DNA of 54,406 nucleotides, filler included, from Basidioascus undulatus (lineage: Eukaryota): assembly GCA_000826855.1 (NCBI GenBank). It is 4 parts of 4 records of this genome, joined end to end, with 100 filler letters (N's around TTAATTAATTAA, not from the genome) between each part and the next. Parts side by side here need not be neighbours in the genome. Positions count along the whole stretch, not along the records: positions 40,894 to 54,406 come from JTLS01000809.1; 3 more parts are not named here. One strand, given 5' to 3'. This document shows positions 51,629-54,406 of this stretch, one piece after another. A program made the position numbers and the translations under genes. Below the pieces are notes generated by a model. It was not told the origin of the DNA. It made no database searches and saw only the letters and a program-made list of their open reading frames with translations. The number at the start of each line of letters is the position of its first letter. Within the stretch, counting starts at the first letter, position 1.

Positions 51629-51929
51629 GAAGGTTTGGACTGTCGTCGTCGCTGTTCACAATAGCGAGGAAAGAGTAGTTGATGAGGAGGAGCCACGTCA
51701 ACGTGAAGTCGAGCTGATGGCGCGAAAGCACCCTTCAGTTCGGTGCATGAGCGTATGCCTGAAGGTCGATCAGGCTCGGAGCATTCGGGCCGATCCGCTG
51801 GAAGACGGTCGTCTGTTTGTTTCGCCTCCCAGTCGGGGTTCTTCATTCTCATTCACACCAGTCACAGGCCAGGCATCTCATAAAGTATGTGTTTCTTGCA
51901 TCTTGCATGTCAGGCGTGCATCTTCCATA

Positions 51930-53048
51930 TCAAATGTGCAGACTCTCGTCGGCAGCCTTGTACAGCGCCGCCCGTGCCTCCTGCACGGGGATTTGAGCAG
52001 CCTTGTCTTTCCCAGCCCACAGCCCCCATTGCGTCTCAATCTGGTAGGCCTGAAGACAAAACCCTCGGTCGGACGAAGCTACGCAACAACTTCAGACGAC
52101 ACCCACGCACAATAATGTTCACGCCATCCACGTCCTTCCAGCCATGCTCCCGCGCGAGCTTGATATGCCGGCTAACGCGGGGCTTGTAGCACCTACAAGC
52201 GGCAAACATCCGGTCAAAATCCGCGTTGACAAGAATGAAGGAGGAGATAGGAGCGACACACATGTCCAGCAGCACGCCCTTCTCCGGCTTCTCCAAGAAC
52301 GCAATGAGCGCCTCCCGCGCCGCGAGCTCCTCCTCCGACTTGGGCTCAAAGTCCGGCACCGTCCCGCAGATGTAGAACGGCGTCTCGAGCGCGCGCGCCT
52401 GCTCCGCGCTCGTAACATGCACGATCTCCGGCACCGGTACGCCCGCGGCGGTATATCCCGCCTGCACGTCCGCAAGGAGGTCGCGCACCTCCTGCGCGTC
52501 GCGGTTGATCACGTACACGACGGGCGAGTCGAGGTGCCGCGCGAGCGCGTACACCGCCGCGCGGGCCGCGCCGCCCGCGCCCACGATCAGGCTCGGCTTG
52601 CCCCGCCCCGCTGTGGACGCCGCGACGAAGGAGCCGTGGATCCCGAGCCAGTCCGTGTTCGTGCCGCCCAGAGAGCCGTCAGGTCGCACGAAGATGTTGT
52701 TGCACGCGCCGAGCGTGCGAACGTGCTCGTCGGTGCAGTCGAGGAGGGGGATGACGGTACGCTGCGGTAAGACGCCGCGTTCAGTCACTTAGCTTACAAG
52801 CTTCGCGGCACTTGACGAATTGATGTGCGGCGTACCTTGTGCGGAAGTGTGACCACTGCGCCAGCGAAGTCAGGTTCCCGAGCGCGAGCGACGAACGTGG
52901 AGATCTCCGGCTCCTCCGCGAGGCCGAACTCCCACGGCAGAGAGATGGACTTGGCGATGAATTTGTGAATAGCGGGGGCGAGGGCGTGCGAGATGCCGGT
53001 GCCGACGATGTATAGGTTCTTCTCGGGAAAAGACGAGGGGACGGTCAT
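51930..53048 (-). CDS. Shikimate/quinate 5-dehydrogenase family protein (monofunctional)
   Basis: GISHALAPAIH, GAVVTLPHK, GACNN, NTDWLGI, GAGGAARAA, INRD, DMCYKP and AYQIETQWGLW; three GT-AG introns. Confidence 0.9.
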
Positions 53049-53182
53049 GTTGAAGCGAAGGTGAGTAGGCCGGATGGGGCAAGAGACGGATGAGACGATC
53101 GAGACTCGAAGTGAAGTTCAGATGTGTGAGTGTTGAGGAGGCTCAAGATGAGCAGCGCCATGACGTTAGCATCTCGAGCGAG

Positions 53183-53434
53183 TCCGATAAGGAGTCGGAG
53201 GTCTGAAGCATGCGATGAGATTGCGATGCCAGACCGGGCAGCGAGCGTTGCTGGCAAGACACGCTGGCCCGGCTGGTCGACGCGTCGAGTCTTGCTTCCC
53301 CGCGTCCTGATTGAACAATTGCCGGGGGAGGCGCCCGGAGAAAAGATGGAGGGAGATGGAGGCCCCCGGGCCTCATCGAACCTCATCAAGCCCAATTTTG
53401 GTGCACGTGACAGAGCCTCCGCTCGCAGTTCGGA
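53183..53434. promoter_or_regulatory. Two TCCG-N9-CGGA everted repeats in a divergent promoter (candidate Zn2Cys6 sites)
   Basis: TCCGataaggagtCGGA at 53183-53199 and TCCGctcgcagttCGGA at 53418-53434. Confidence 0.5.
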
Positions 53435-53569
53435 TGTGAGCGGTGGGATGCCGCCAGCAAAAGACTACATCTTGCCTTCCTCTCTTCAAGACAGTCGACA
53501 GCTCGACAAGCACCCTTCTCTAGCAGTCTTTACTTCTCCAACTCCCATCCGCACCTCTCCTTTGTCGCG

Positions 53570-54406
53570 ATGGCTGCCCCCCTTCACTCCCTCCCCGCCG
53601 GCTCTCGCCCCGACAACGCCATCCGCAACAACGGTCCGGAGGACCTCATGCTTGAGCGCTACAAGCTGCGCGAACTTGCGGAGGGATGGCCTTTGTGTGA
53701 GTCGGTGTAATGAACTGGTCCTTCCAAGTGTATAGCTGACAAGATGTTGTCGCATCACAGACCGGTACGCTTCCCTTTCTTTTACGGGCTCTCAAACCTC
53801 CTCCGTTCTCCACTCGGCTTACTGCGCTTCTCTCTGATACTACAGTGACTCTCGCGAGTGGCAAAACTTCCGCTCCATTTTCGCGAAGGAGGCGTTTGTC
53901 TACACCACGTGGTCCGGGCGTGTTGCGATCGACGACTTCATCGAGGGTTCCAAGAAGGGTAAGCAGCCTCCCGGTTATAACACGAGACACTGAGGCTGAG
54001 CTGCGGCTTGCAATCCGACCAGGCATGGACGCCGGCGCTTTGATCATGCACCGCATCCACGGCTCTTCGGTCGACATTACGCCCGACGGGAAACGGGCGG
54101 TCGTCAAGATGAAGGCTACCATCACGCAGCGGTTTGAGCTTGAGGGGTGCGTGCCTTGCTCTTGGTCTAGCCGCATCTTCTGATTTTTAATCTTTGGTTT
54201 CAGATGCGAGGCTGATGCTGAGTCCGACTGCCGGTTAGGCTTTCCGATAGCACGCATCTTTTCACTGCGCAGCCACTGAAGCCCTGCCACTAGATTCTGC
54301 ATGTTCTTCGAGAAGGCCGAGGGCCGCTGGGGTGCCCGCTTCGTACGTCGGAACACTTCCCCACACTCTGTTGGACCTATTCTGACCATCCACTCCCCCC
54401 CCCCCC
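53570..54406 (+). CDS. SnoaL-like/NTF2-fold protein (PEP2-like), partial
   Basis: [64 protein letters not shown] and [16 protein letters not shown]. Includes a 4-nt micro-exon; runs off the window end. Confidence 0.8.

Noticed and set aside
50552..52770. Long plus-strand ORFs (267, 317 and 208 aa), and similar antisense ORFs elsewhere
   Set aside because: Antisense shadows of GC3-rich genes on the opposite strand.
1..54406. CRISPR arrays, rRNA, or intact transposase/reverse transcriptase genes
   Set aside because: No regularly spaced repeats, rRNA motifs or DDE/RT signatures were seen.

Overview
Intron-rich, GC-rich fungal nuclear DNA. The gene content and GTGCGT/GTGAGT donors suggest a basidiomycete, probably a Pucciniomycotina-type yeast (inference). 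The window is not one locus. It is four contigs of 13,533, 13,532, 13,528 and 13,513 bp, in decreasing size order, joined by artificial 100-bp N44-TTAATTAATTAA-N44 spacers. Contig 1: 3' end of a DEK_C-tailed chitin synthase, an EEP-family hydrolase, an F-box protein, an Aa_trans amino-acid transporter and a partial LRR protein. Contig 2: RCF2 (HIG1 domain), a Ser/Pro-rich ORF, decayed LRR-like relics and a tRNA-like structured element. Contig 3: tandem F-box/LRR pseudogenes, a YbjQ/UPF0145-like gene, a MITE-like relic, two intron-containing tRNA-Gly(GCC) genes, a HoxX/HypX pseudogene colliding tail-to-tail with a 3'-truncated VPS53, and the start of PEX5. Contig 4: a glutamine-synthetase-like gene and a putative cluster of Zn2Cys6 regulator, shikimate/quinate dehydrogenase and SnoaL/PEP2-like protein. 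The strongest leads are an apparent major-spliceosome AT-AC intron (plus two GC-AG introns) in RCF2, the regulator-linked cluster with a repeated TCCG-N9-CGGA promoter motif, the VPS53/HoxX junction, and 4- and 9-nt micro-exons. All family calls come from manual splicing and motif recognition; no database search was run.
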